From the NCBI GenBank assembly GCA_043228905.1, contig JBHGNT010000013.1, forward strand, positions 10,416,001 to 10,480,000: a DNA stretch of 64,000 bases. Reading direction: 5' to 3'. The position numbers were made by a program, and so were the translations under genes. The stretch comes from Azolla caroliniana. Lineage: Eukaryota > Plantae > Polypodiophyta. The notes beneath the pieces were generated by a model. The model searched no databases and was not told the DNA's origin. It worked only from the letters and a program-made list of their open reading frames with translations. Position 1 is the first letter of the stretch. Each line of letters begins with the position of its first letter. Below are positions 53,801-64,000 of the stretch, one piece after another.

Positions 53801-54834
53801 TGGAAAATTGTGGGTAATACCATCATGTGATATGTTTGGACATTTTTTAAAAGGCTGGGAATTCCTAGGTGTATGTTATAGCCATTGAGGAGTGTTAATG
53901 CTGTGTCAGATGGCATGCATATTTTATCTGCATTAGTTTATGGTTTGAAGAATCAATGATTATGCATCAATTTTGATAATATTCTCTGTAGGTCATGGAT
54001 ACTTGGCTTGCATATGCACCAGTGAAAAACAACCCAGAAGATGCTGCAAAGGTAAATTATCTTGTTCTTGCAAAAGTTTCCGTAGCTAAATTGACCCCAA
54101 GTCTCAAGTATCAACATACTTTGTTTGGTGAATAAACAGGTGCCAAAGGGTAACCCTCCCCACAGTGCAACATCAGGAGAAATGGCCATCTACAAGGCCA
54201 ATTCTCGTATACTTCAGCATGTATGTATACAATCATTAAATTTAGATTCAGCTTTCGGAATTTTGAAAATCTATTGCTTCATATGCAGTCTACAAAAGCT
54301 ACATACTTTTTATTTTGTTCCATGCAGGCAGGTGTGAAGATTGAAGCACCAAAGATTGAAACCTTCAATGGACAAGAAGTGGAAGTATGGCCACGGATTG
54401 TGTGGAATCCAGAATGGGGTCTAACATTTGCAGATGTTAAGCTGAAGTTTAGTGGTGTCTCTTCTGTCTCTCAATGCTCGACTCTTGTTATCGAGGGGAA
54501 ACATATCCTGTTTGACAATGTTAATTTAGATGGAGCTCTGATTGTTAGGGCTCTCGAACATGCAGAGGTATACCTTGCTTTTTCTGCATGGAATTTTGAT
54601 TTTTTTTCTGGAGATACCTTGGTTCTTTTGGAAATATTTAATACTTAAATGATCTGTTATCAGGTTAAAATCTCTCATACGGATATACACAACTCTGGGT
54701 GGAGATTAGAACCTATTCTTTGTGAAAATGGAGATTTACCGGAGGAGATCAGAATCCGTGGATTTGCTATACATAAAGTGGATGAAAGACTGGTGGATAT
54801 TACTCAACCTGGTGTTGTATGCATCTCTTCATGA
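33162..54834 (+). CDS. USP: UDP-sugar pyrophosphorylase, about 606 aa; exons 33162-33215, 33337-33441, 36070-36186, 37183-37323, 37954-38053, 41881-42008, 42160-42231, 45649-45713, 45817-45877, 46392-46509, 52338-52462, 52534-52610, 52855-52960, 53992-54051, 54140-54220, 54328-54567, 54664-54834
   Basis: The spliced frame is open (1821 nt) with GT-AG introns. Plant USP motifs: [89 protein letters not shown] and PEEIRIRGF. Confidence 0.96.
38545..41110 (-). mobile_element. 5'-truncated LINE (RT and C-terminal zinc finger) in USP intron 5
   Basis: [41 protein letters not shown] and [14 protein letters not shown], followed by a T-rich 3' tail. Confidence 0.92.
42320..45480 (+). mobile_element. 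Degenerate LINE of the same family in USP intron 7 (interrupted by a MITE)
   Basis: [29 protein letters not shown] and [26 protein letters not shown] are homologous to the intron-5 copy. Upstream linker remnant HNSW|YD. Confidence 0.85.
42729..43387. mobile_element. hAT-type MITE (659 bp)
   Basis: Perfect 12-bp TIR CATAGATTGACA/TGTCAATCTATG, 8-bp TSD ATAGTTGG/ATAGTTCG, and an AT-rich interior. Confidence 0.85.
46992..51405 (+). mobile_element. Young Ty1/copia with internal RT/RNase H deletion in USP intron 10
   Basis: 449-bp LTRs at 46992-47440 and 50957-51405 (3 differences seen by eye). TSD AATTC, PBS TGGTATCAGAGC and PPT GAGAGGAGG. Confidence 0.97.
47671..50631 (+). CDS. Copia gag-PR-INT-partial RT polyprotein (986 aa, ends at a frameshift)
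   Basis: [14 protein letters not shown] knuckle, [47 protein letters not shown] and [12 protein letters not shown]. Confidence 0.95.
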   Translation: MASHATIVSSTIPQLPKESILDGNNYLDWELQIKTLLQYHRLWNVVNGSDKKPPVTSSSSTKSVAGSSNAEIEAWLDKDSRAHAFLMFNIKPSIARQFQDKDDETANELWTTIKRRYHRANHAQMIAIESQLANLKIHDTPNIMDQITEFVTLQKELVSLGSKSTEVEFVHRLMIKLPESFSAFCDTISLLPNTHDMNTFLGMLQDRATRKKSAQTSNETLLHATSKGKWKQNGNSYNKPNPRPPNNPAYKELTCHYCGYKGHIQPDCRKKKRDNAKNSSSTRNQPTPKSNSAQSAKETVFLGIEEHTSHLAGPTTSTIDEWLVDSGATSHMTYDKSILHDVKPSSSQISIGDASSIEASCVGNVVLDNSSSEELVVLQDVLHVPRISTNLLSVYKITKQGYGVYFDSSVLEVIDTNSLQIVASGTQEGGLYRLKSSHSPLENSKSHLLHLLQGSHALVAQEDPTLWHARFGHLNYDSLQKLSSSQLVEGLPIFKSPYTPCVACLHGKQHREPFPHEATHRATSILELVHTDLCGPMKTTTLGGARYFMLIIDDFSRKVWVYFLVEKSQAFAKFQEWVALVENETSKKVRKIRSDNGGEFISKAFHHFCSQRGIARQFSTPNTPQQNGVVERKNRTVQEMARTMLSQSDLPLSFWGEAVNTAVYIINCCPTKAVARMMPEEAFTGVKPSVSHFKVFGCDAYVHISDHKRTKFESKTKKCKFLGYSTQSKAYRLWDLESKSLVISRDVHFVESQPDDSRISLEFMVEIQAPPESPILDENVSSSSPPSPPTQSLTSPTIQTSPSTPLVSTPSTNQLPPLPKWLQATIRDSHLSDAELHEYTSGSRTRKSQRPLHSCNFALLCIVVQSKEPTTAKEALVLPKWKAAMEVELDSIERNHTWELVPRPPHRQVIGLKWIFKTKYHADGTLDKHKARLMAEGYSQVEGVDYEETFAPTAWYTSISCALALAAHNKWAIFQMDVKSTFLNGD

Positions 54835-55339
54835 GCAGTATAGAAAACCAATAATGGTATTGTCCTATTTCATGGATATATATTACTCAACCAAGTGGTA
54901 GAAAATGACCCAGGATATTATTGACGTTTATTCTTGAATAAATTTGAAGCTATAATAAAAGAATATCAATAATTTAAAAAACTCCACATACGGCAAATAT
55001 TTTGAATGTGTTAAAGAGTTGCAGATAAATACATGAGATCAAAAGCAAACAAGTGGTAGTAGCAATTAACAATGCAATATATATGTATAATGAGGAAATT
55101 AGCACACCACATCTTTTTACCGTCATCAAGGTTTTAAGTAGTGACTTGCATTGATTTCAGTGCGTATTTTGATGTAAACATTGTATTAGTGGGAAAATTG
55201 ATTATTATTGTAATGTTGGTTCATTTCAAACAAGTAATATTAGAGATATACTTATTACACTCCTAGAAGGGTTTTTTTGTTCCTATATATAGTGCTTATT
55301 ACACTACTAGGATATTTTTTTAGTTCCTACATATATATA

Positions 55340-55890
55340 GCCCCTTCTTGATGACAATTACCTCACCACCCTTGCCATCATAGATAAAGGCCATTATCTC
55401 CTACCATCGCAAGTGTTTCCCTTGCTATTAGAGACCTCTCCATTTTGGGTCGACCCATGCTAGAGATATTTTGAAAACAAAAGTTATAATATATCTAACT
55501 TGAGAATATTACATGTCTCGAAAACTAGATTCTTTAGTATCTTTTATCTTATTTACTTTTATATTTACTTAGTAATTTTATTTTGTCATCATAGATAAAG
55601 GCTATTATCTCTTGCCATCGCAAGCGTTTCCCTCGCTATTGGAGACCTCTCCATTTTGGATCGACCCATGCTAGAGATATTTTGAAAACAAAAGTTATAA
55701 TATATCTAACTTGAGAATATTACGTTTCGAAAACTAGATTCTTTAGTATCTTTTATCTTATTTACTTTTATATTTACTTAGTAATTTAATTTAATTTAAT
55801 TTTGATTTGTTCTCAAAGATGAGACAACACTAACGATGTAATCTCTTTTGGCCTCTCAAAAGACATTAATATATCTTTGTTTCTTTTTAG
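55340..55890 (+). mobile_element. LINE 3'-end fragment with internal 211-bp tandem duplication
   Basis: Matches the reverse complement of about 38550-38880. TAGATAAAGG...TTAGTAATTT is repeated from 55381 and 55592. Confidence 0.85.
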
Positions 55891-57106
55891 CCATAACTTG
55901 GTCATGCGAGGTTTGATTTTGACAAGCTATGTCTTGAATGAAAGCTGACAATGATATCTATGATATCATGTAGGAAGATAAGTTTTGTAATTAAGTACAA
56001 CAATATAGATTTCAAAATCTCATATAGTTTGATCTTTCGATGGCAAATGTTTGCAAGGTGGCCACAAAGTTTGGCATTGTGATTGATATTGGGCCACAAT
56101 CGAAAAGTCTATTCTTATGGTACTAGAATGTTTTTTGCAAGTGGTGTATCCTTACTGTCTAGTGCTAATGGTTTTATATGTAGAGAACACAATAGAAATA
56201 GTGTGATTGACTATGTGTTATATTTTGAAGGTATTTTGAATTGTATACACAAATTCTCATTTGGTGAATGAAATTATGTGATTGATTATGAGTTACTTAT
56301 CAAAGGTATTGCGAATCACATACATAAGTTTTTACTTGGCGAATGGACATTGAAATATGATCATAGGACTTATATTTTACCTTGACGTATGAAAAGGTTT
56401 GAGTGTGAAAAGCTCATTGAAGTTATCAAATAGCCATATTTGAGCATATACTTTAAGCAAGTACCGATGTATTATAATATAGTTGAAGATATGTTACAAA
56501 TGACAACGAAATAACATAGTATAACTCTAATGGGAAGCTATCAAGAAATTTATTTTCTCATGCACAGATAAATGTTTTTTAGCCAAGCACATGCCTTGGA
56601 AAAGGCATAAAGAATTCTTGTTCCAAGAAAAAAATGGTTTAATAAGGAATTTATGAAGCTTGAAAGTGCCTTATAAATTTAAGGATAAGAAATTATCAAA
56701 AGTATTGTATGAGTAAAATAGACTTATTCAAAGAAAGAGAAGAATATATAGAGTTAACAATTTTTTGAGTCCAAGAGAGAGTACAATTAATGTGTTCAAT
56801 TTTGGAGAAAGGTAAAGAGGAAATGTGTTGAAAGTTATGGTGACTTTTATGGACTTGTTTATGCATTGTAAAAACTTATATGCGCAATCAAATGTCGAGA
56901 CGTTGGTGTAATATGTTTTTTTAAATTCACATTTGCCTCCCTTCTCTACAGTTGAAGATGTACACATAGGGCTTAAGAAATTGGCTTCTTGGTTATTCAA
57001 TGCATAACGAATGTGTATCACTTCTATGTACCTCCCGGAATGTATATATAGATTGATGGAGTTATGCCTCCTGTCGATGTCATTAGCCTTGAGTTTAGAC
57101 TGACGT

Positions 57107-58478
57107 TGTCGTGAAGTTTCGCGCGCGTGTGTTACTTGGGCGGGACCACGGGGGTCTTGAACTAGGGAGCACAAAGGGATAGAGAAGACACGATGTTTGC
57201 TTTACGACAAGACTACTTCTTGGGCAAGGGCTCGTTGCCCTTTTTGTGGGGCCGATGGCTTTCGTTGATCACGACTCATCGAGTTTTCGAGATCACCGCA
57301 TGAGCCAAGTGATCAAATGGGTACAAGCAAAGATGAGCACGCAAAATGAATGCACAAGGGGACGAGAACACAAACACAAATGCCCGTATGTCTTTATGAG
57401 GAGGAGAGGTGCATGGGTACACCCGAACGCTTCCTCGTCACAAGACGTCGAACATACAAGGAAAAGGATGAGAATACAAACACGAACGCTCGTATGTCTT
57501 TATGAGGAGGAGAGGTGCATGGGCATGCCCGAATGCTCCCTTGTCACAAGACACCGAATGTACAAGGAAGACACAAAACACACACACAAATGCTCGTACG
57601 CCTTTATGAGGAGGAGAGGTGCATGGGCACGCTCGAAACGCTCCCTCGTCACAATACGGCCGAATGTACTACAAGGAAGACACATAACATACACACAAAT
57701 GCTCGTACGCCTTTATGAGGAGGAGAGGTGCATGGGCACGCCCGAAATGCCCCCTTGTCACAAGATGGCTGAACGTACAAGGAGACGAGAATTAAAGAAA
57801 GAAAACACGAATGACATTGGCTAAAGAAGTAGATATGTAAGTTTGATTGCAATGTAAGAGTGCCCTTTATTAAATAGGGTTTGATTACAATGTGACAACT
57901 TCTAGTTAACCACAAGATCAACAAAACATAAATACTAAATGCCCTTAGAGACAAGAGCAAATCTGAACACCGAGCATGAACACGAAGAAGACGAGCACAT
58001 GAGCACCACAGAAATGCCAACCCCAACGAACCACGACCACCCGAACGGCGAGCACACGGGCTCGCAACGACAAACGGGGGCGAAGCAACGCCTAACCAAC
58101 GAGGCTCAGGCTCACGAGCACCGTAAACGAGCACTTCAAGTGCCAACACGAAGAAGATGAGCACGTGGCGATGAGGGGATGAAGGGGTATGAGATGAAGA
58201 AAAATGGTGATGATGAAGGTGAAGAGCGCCGAAAGAAAAATGACGATAGTCTTCTCCTCAAAATGTCCTCCTAAATGAGCCCCACTCGACCTCCTTTTAT
58301 AGAAAAAAAAAGGAAGGGGGGTCGCCACATTCGTCTTCAATGCAAAAGGAAAAAAATTCCTTAAATCACGTTGCATTGTAAGACTAGATTGCCTTTGTGT
58401 GCACACACATTGCACATGCACATTTTGACCCCCCGTTTTGCCGGTTTTTCCCACACTCGAGCACGCCACATCACAACA
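57107..58478 (-). mobile_element. Solo LTR related to the Trp-primed nested family, 4-bp TSD ACGT
   Basis: The left end is the reverse complement of the 3' end of LTR 25480-26213 (GACCCCCGTGGTCCC...CGCGAAACTTCACGACA). ACGT flanks at 57103-57106 and 58479-58482. Confidence 0.85.
57380..57785. repeat. Four tandem units of about 105-109 bp inside solo LTR
   Basis: CTTTATGAGGAGGAGAGGTGCATGGG occurs four times. Confidence 0.92.
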
Positions 58479-61400
58479 ACGTATACCCTTTTGATGGCGA
58501 ATCGGGTGAAAGTGGTTGTCGAGCACCTTCGAGCTACTAGCTTGCTTAACATTTAGTACCTATTAGTACTTGATCTCTCTCTCTCTCTCTCTCCCCCTCT
58601 CTCTCTCCCCCTTGCTTTACTCTCTCTAATACAGTCCTGTTAACCAAAGAAGCTATATTATTGTTAACACCACTTTTTAATACAAAGAGGTTTAGCACCA
58701 TACAAAAGGAGGAGATAAGGGTTCAGAATACTTAGCTCTTAACCCTAATCTCTCTTAACTGTAATGAACGATGGAGATAAAAGAGGAGATCTTAATGTAT
58801 TAATAGAAAAGGAGAAACCCTAAGAATCAAGAAGGGAAGTCATCAAAAGGTGGCTTTTATAGCTTTTTATGATGCAAGCGTCTCCCTTTCACACTAGGTT
58901 GCCCATTGGTCTACATTGTTTCCTCTTTGGTTTGTTCTATCCCCCTTTTTCCTAAAGGTGGTTGAGCTCTGTGTCTCTTGTTGGGGCCACAATCTCCATA
59001 ACTGGTGTGCCGAGTGTTAGATACTTAACGTCCCCCCCAACCTAATGAGTGCACACTCCTAGGTGCATTGCACACTGTGTGTATCATGGGCGAAGATGGT
59101 GGATTTGAAGGAAGCGGGTCAGCGGAGAGATGGGAGGAGTTGGTGTGGCTAGGGTTGGGGGTGTTGGATGGTGATGGGGAGAGTTGGATATCTTGCATAG
59201 GGTCCGTGGTTGTGGAGAACTGCTTGAAGGTGGTGCCTGCGTGTGAAGCATGGTTTCAAAATCTTGTTGGTAGAATGCAGGGAGGATATTGACATGAGTC
59301 CACATACCAACGAGTTGTCGCCTAGTTGGTTCTTTATTTAAGTCGAACGCTACTCCCCATGATGGATGGTTATGTTGTTGGGACTCATGTGTGTCGAGCG
59401 AAGGTGTTGGGGGAAATAGACAAAAGTGACTACAGAGGGGGGGAGGGTAGAGTTGAAGGCAACCCGAAGTCAAAGGGAACACAGAGTTGAAGGGAGAATA
59501 GAGTTGACGAGAGGGCAAAATCGAAAGCTCCTCTCTCTAGGACCGTTGAAGGTTTGTGTGGCGTCAAAATTATTTGAAAAATGGCAGGAAAGGTGGTGTT
59601 TGGTTTACTAGGGAATTAGGGAAACTGTATGGTTGGTGGCCTAACCACCATGCGATTAAGGGGTAGAAAAGAAAAGAAAAACAAGAAAAAGGGGTGGGAA
59701 AAATTTTAAAGAAAAAATGCTACTTGTTCTTAATATCTTCCCATGTTAAGTAGGTTGCCTCGCGAGCTTACGTAAAGCTCACCAATTGCTTCAAACGACG
59801 GTCATATCCCTAGTAGTGGGGCCAAATAATTGTGGCGTGTTTGTGTACCTCACCAAACATATCTATAGATCGATGGGGTTATGCCTTCTTTTGATGTCGT
59901 TGGCCTTGAGGCCGGACCAACGTATACCCTTTTACACCATATAAGAGGAGATTAAGGTTCGGCCTACTTAACTTTTAACCCTAATCTTTCTTAACTCTAA
60001 TGAAGGATTAAGGAGATTGAAGAGGAGATCTTAGTGTACTTATAGAAAAGGAGAAACCCTAAGAATCAACAAGGAGCTCAAAGGTCACCCAAAAATGACA
60101 TTTATAGCTTTTTATAAGGCAAGTGTCTCCCTTGCATACTAAGTTGCCCATTGGCCTAATTGTTTTCTCTTTGAATTGTTTGATCTCCCTTTTTCCTAAA
60201 GTTGGTTGAGCTTAGTGTCTCTTGTTGGCGCCACAATCTCCACAACCGGCGTGCAGTGCCGGATAGTTAACAGAATGAAATGCTCAAATGGATATAAAAG
60301 GAACCACGTGTATGGATGAATGATATGTTTAATCATGCATTGCGACATGGCATGCATTAGAATTGGGTCAAACCTTTATATAAAGGTGAAGATGTAAATA
60401 ATATAAAAAAATTATCTGACTATCATAGTAAACTTAGTTATGGCAAAAATATTTGGATGTATGATAGATTCAAAGGTAAAAACACTTGGCTAAAAAAATA
60501 GAAAGCAAGCTTATGGACAAGTTGGCTTTTGGAAATGCCATAACAGTAAGGTAAGGTTTATATTGTTGGTTCATAGACCTCAAGAAAGTTTTTGATAGAT
60601 CATCTTTGGAGGTGCATGGAAGAACTTTAAGTATTTAGTCACTTGAATGTGGTGTGAAACAAGGTCATACACTCGAGGAACAAGTTAGGTAGATGATCTT
60701 CGAATAGATCTCACGTGCTAATGGGCGTGTCAGTGACGTACTTTGGGTAGAGCATCCACACCGCAAGTTGGTGGTGGTTTCCGCGATAGCTACCACAAAT
60801 TTTTTTCTCCAATCGCCAAGGACAATGCATCATCGAAGAATATGCGTTGAGTGGCCACTAACACCTTAAGGGCAAACATAATTTGATGTAATATGTCTAC
60901 GGGGAGCAATGAACAACTCTGATAACCATGACGTAGAGTTGGCGTAGACCATTAATGCATGAGCCATATGTGGTGGTAAAGTGTGGGTGGGGTTGCTAGT
61001 AGGGGTTAGCGGGTCACTCTCAACGGTTGTGAGTGGGCGGGAACCGTTGAGAAGTAGAGGGGGATGTTCCATTGTTGCTTTAGCCGTTCGCTAAATTGCA
61101 ACGTCCTTTTCGAGTGCTTTATATTTGTTGCGGTAGGATCCTATTGCTATATTAGCACGGTTTGTAGCATCGCCTACCTTTTCATTTAGGATAGCTTGTG
61201 CTACTTTAAGCATGTTCACTTCTACCTAGAGAGCTTCAACATGGGCTCTAACTTGAGAGAGTTCTTGTGTTTCGTTAACTTTAGCGAACTCATCCAGAGT
61301 GGAGTCTAGTTAGGTTTGTGGCGCCTTACGTGCGTTGATGTGAGTGTGCTCAACTTGGGAGTTCTTAAATGTGAGTTGGACAAATTCCATTGTGTGCAAG

Positions 61401-62179
61401 GGTCGCTCGCTTCTTCTATTTCTCATTTCCATTTCCATTTCCATTTCCATTGTGTTGGAAGGTATCGTCGTTGAGAGTTAGTTGGAGGGTATACTCGAGG
61501 GAAAGTTGGCTGTCCCGCATTTTGAAATTTGTGGCACGACTTAGAGGACTTGGGTGGGGTGAGGTTGGCACATGTTATTACGACGTTTCTTCTTCATGGC
61601 ACGCGTGCCTCAGCTAACAATTCGTGAATAAGACTAGAGAGACACAAGAGCTCTTCTTGAAGGTCCACCCTACAACGTTGGAGCGTAGGAGTCTTTGTAC
61701 CTACAACGTTGCTCATGCTCTCTGTCTTGATGGCTACTTCGGTGCTCTTGAATAGCAACAGTATATATATATATATCTTTTAAATCAATCTCGCTAATTG
61801 TTCTCCGAGTTTGCAGCCTTGGAGATCGTTGGGGGCTGGCTGGCTGGAGGTGTTGTTGTTGTTGTTGTAATGGGATTGTCCGTTGCTTGGAACTGTAGCC
61901 TTTCTTCCGCTTCTGCTGGAACTACTGTTGTTGTTGTTGCCTTGTTTGTACTCCCCTCCCCTCTCTGTCATCACAGAAGACCACCTCCAGCTCAGGTGGC
62001 TATAATGGTGGTTGCCTCCATGAGTGGTGCATTGAGGATGTCCGCTGGGTTGAGTCCGGCGTGTGCATTGGCCGAGTTGGTGCTGTGGCCATGAACCCAA
62101 TGATTCAAGCAAGAGAAAACATGGCCAGCCTAGACCGGTCCATAGAATCGGTCGTCGATTCGGAACGATGGGCTGACTC

Positions 62180-62863
62180 AATGGAAAGGTAAAGTCGAAA
62201 TGTTGATAAGAGACATTCCGAAAGTGAGGAAACTAACCGGCTTTGCAAGAGGGATGCTACCAAGTCTCAATGTCGAGGAACTCGAGTTGCAAATGGAAAG
62301 CTCGAAGGGCTGCTCAAAGTATATGGCCTGGACGACTCCTTGAGAATATCGAAGAAAGACTTTATGGATTGGATTGAGCTCCTTGGAAAGGGGAGAAAAC
62401 ACCACCATGATACTTCGAAGAGTTTGTGAAGCGTTTCACTTGTCTTTTGATGATTGATAGGACACGAGCAACATGAGCAAGGTCTTATTGTTCCTTAAGG
62501 TGGTGGATGCATGAGATAGGGAGAAAGTGGCTCTCCTCCTCGAGAATGAAGATGAACGAGCCCATAACAATTTGGGCCCGCAATAAAAAAGTGTGTAGTT
62601 GCTTCGACAAACGAAGACAATTGTACGATGGGGTCTCGTCAGGCAGCCAAGCTCTTATAAGGAGAGAGGCGAGTGTCGTGGAAAACACAACAGCCCCAGA
62701 AAGAAATGTGATGGAAGGACTGGTCGGAGGGTCAGCAATCGATGAACTCACGAAGATGGTGGGGGATCTCCAGATATTCGAGAGATGGTGGGTGCTCTGC
62801 TCAAGTTCGACGACCCAAGTACGTATCGAGGTGCTTGTGGTGCGATGACTTGGACCACCATAA
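62180..62863 (+). pseudogene. Degenerate gag related to the nested Trp-primed element
   Basis: KVLLFLKVVDA*DREKVALLLENED parallels KVLLFVRSIDRAEREAIGIELEDDE. Also GGSAIDELTKMVGDLQI and a CLWCDDLDH zinc-knuckle start. Confidence 0.65.
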
Positions 62864-64000
62864 TGTTATACATATATCCCCCATACATGCTAAGTGTGAA
62901 AAGGTCAAAACTGGTCTTCCACTTAGTAGTGTGTGGGGAGAGAGTTTGGTGTGTGTGTGAGTAAAACCCCTCCGAGACATAGTGTGTGAGGTAGAGTATA
63001 CAACCAACGTTTTCTCTGTTTTTCCCCTTTTTTTCGGAAACAGAGTTTTTCTTCACAGAACCAAAATTCTCTCTTAGCTCTCTATTCTTCCGTTTTATAA
63101 CAGTGGTATCAAAGCTTGGGAGATCACAATAGAGAGCTTGGGAGTTCACAATACAAAGCTTTGGAGATTGTAGTAGAAACGTTGGTGATTGGAACCGCTT
63201 GGTTGTAGCATCTACTTGTTGTTGGGCATCTCCAGCATCTTCGACATTGAAGAAAAGAGCCTGCTATTCACAGGTATTTCCCCTGGTTAAACTCTCACGT
63301 TTATTCGCCATTTGCGAAACATTTCTGGTGGAAATAAGCTGTGTGGGAGAGACCCCTGCCACATTTGGAAGAGAGAGTTGGGATCAATGTGAATGTATAG
63401 CAGAGCAGATGCCTACAGTTTGTGATTTGGGAGATGTATGCTAGTCAGTATCGTTGATATTTTGGAAGTTATATGCTTTCAGTGGTGCGTGTTATACACA
63501 AGAGTGCTATAAGTCTTTTTTGACAGTTTGCAACTGATATTTTGGAAGTTGTATGCTTTTAGTGGTTCGTGCTACACACAATATTGGTATCAATTTTTGA
63601 CAGTTTGCCATAAGCTAGTTAGTTACTAGTTTTTGTTGCCCAATCGTATTTTGTTGCATGATACTCTCGTTCACTCCCATGGAGTCTGAAATGTTGGATG
63701 CATCTAATAACACTTCTATTGGTTAAAATAGTTCAAGTAAGAACTATTCATTTTTGGGAAAGGATCATATTGAGATCCGAAAATTTGATGGATCTAATTT
63801 TGCTTTGTGGAAGAATCAGATGCGTGATGTATATTGGTTCAAAGAAGGCAAACGAGGCCTCTAGGAGACAAAGCGAAGAAGCCAGATGACATGGATGATG
63901 ATGATTGGGAGGAACTTGGTGCCTTGACCATGTCCACTATAAGACTGCACTTGGTGGATAGTGTCTGCTTTATTGTTTTAGACTGTAAAAACTCCGAAGA
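62864..64000 (+). mobile_element. 5' end of a Ty1/copia (Tnt1/Tork-like gag)
   Basis: 239-bp LTR at 62864-63102 with TGTTATA...TATAACA termini. PBS TGGTATCAAAGC at 63104. Gag KFDGSNFALWKNQMRDVL...STIRLHL from about 63770. Confidence 0.88.

Larger units (their letters stand above)
57014..60272 (-). mobile_element. Small non-autonomous (TRIM-like) LTR element with a solo LTR inserted in its 3' LTR
   Basis: Diverged LTRs at 57014-59030 (interrupted) and 59831-60272. 5-bp TSD GAATG at 57009-57013 and 60273-60277. Minus-strand PPT AGGTTGGGGGGGA near 59031 and PBS-like TGGCCCCACTACTAGGGA near 59806-59824. Interior about 800 bp. Confidence 0.8.
55900..60660 (+). mobile_element. Old LINE remnant split by the LTR element at 57014-60272
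   Basis: Endonuclease-like FICREHNRNSVIDYVL and linker KKWFNKE on the left; RT-like YCWFIDLKKVFD (about 60560-60600) on the right. Confidence 0.6.

Noticed and set aside
57246-57824. 192-aa repetitive ORF and CRISPR-like periodicity
   Set aside because: These are whole-unit tandem repeats within an LTR, without unique spacers or cas genes, in a eukaryotic context.
60700-62150. Possible minus-strand gag remnant and low-complexity ORFs
   Set aside because: Too decayed to assign termini or domains by eye.

Overview
This is eukaryotic land-plant nuclear DNA. TE-filled introns and the TE families suggest a non-seed plant such as a fern (inference). Three intact, spliced + strand genes were reconstructed by hand. 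(1) A 2-exon NYN/PIN-like ribonuclease (5411-7679, about 424 aa) whose mitochondrial-type presequence is partly encoded by a (TTAGGG)n telomere repeat. (2) A 12-exon acidic protein (9986-14302, about 813 aa) with an E2F promoter site and motifs resembling Claspin/Mrc1. (3) A 17-exon UDP-sugar pyrophosphorylase (USP, 33162-54834, about 606 aa). The rest is nested transposons: several Ty1/copia elements; a chromodomain Ty3/gypsy with TG...TA termini; a pol-less LTR family with a tRNA-Trp PBS and 4-bp NCGT target duplications (one full copy, one related solo LTR, one gag relic); LINE fragments; and hAT-like non-autonomous elements. Coordinates were counted by eye, and boundaries of degenerate TEs are approximate. 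No database searches were run, so family similarities come from recalled motifs.
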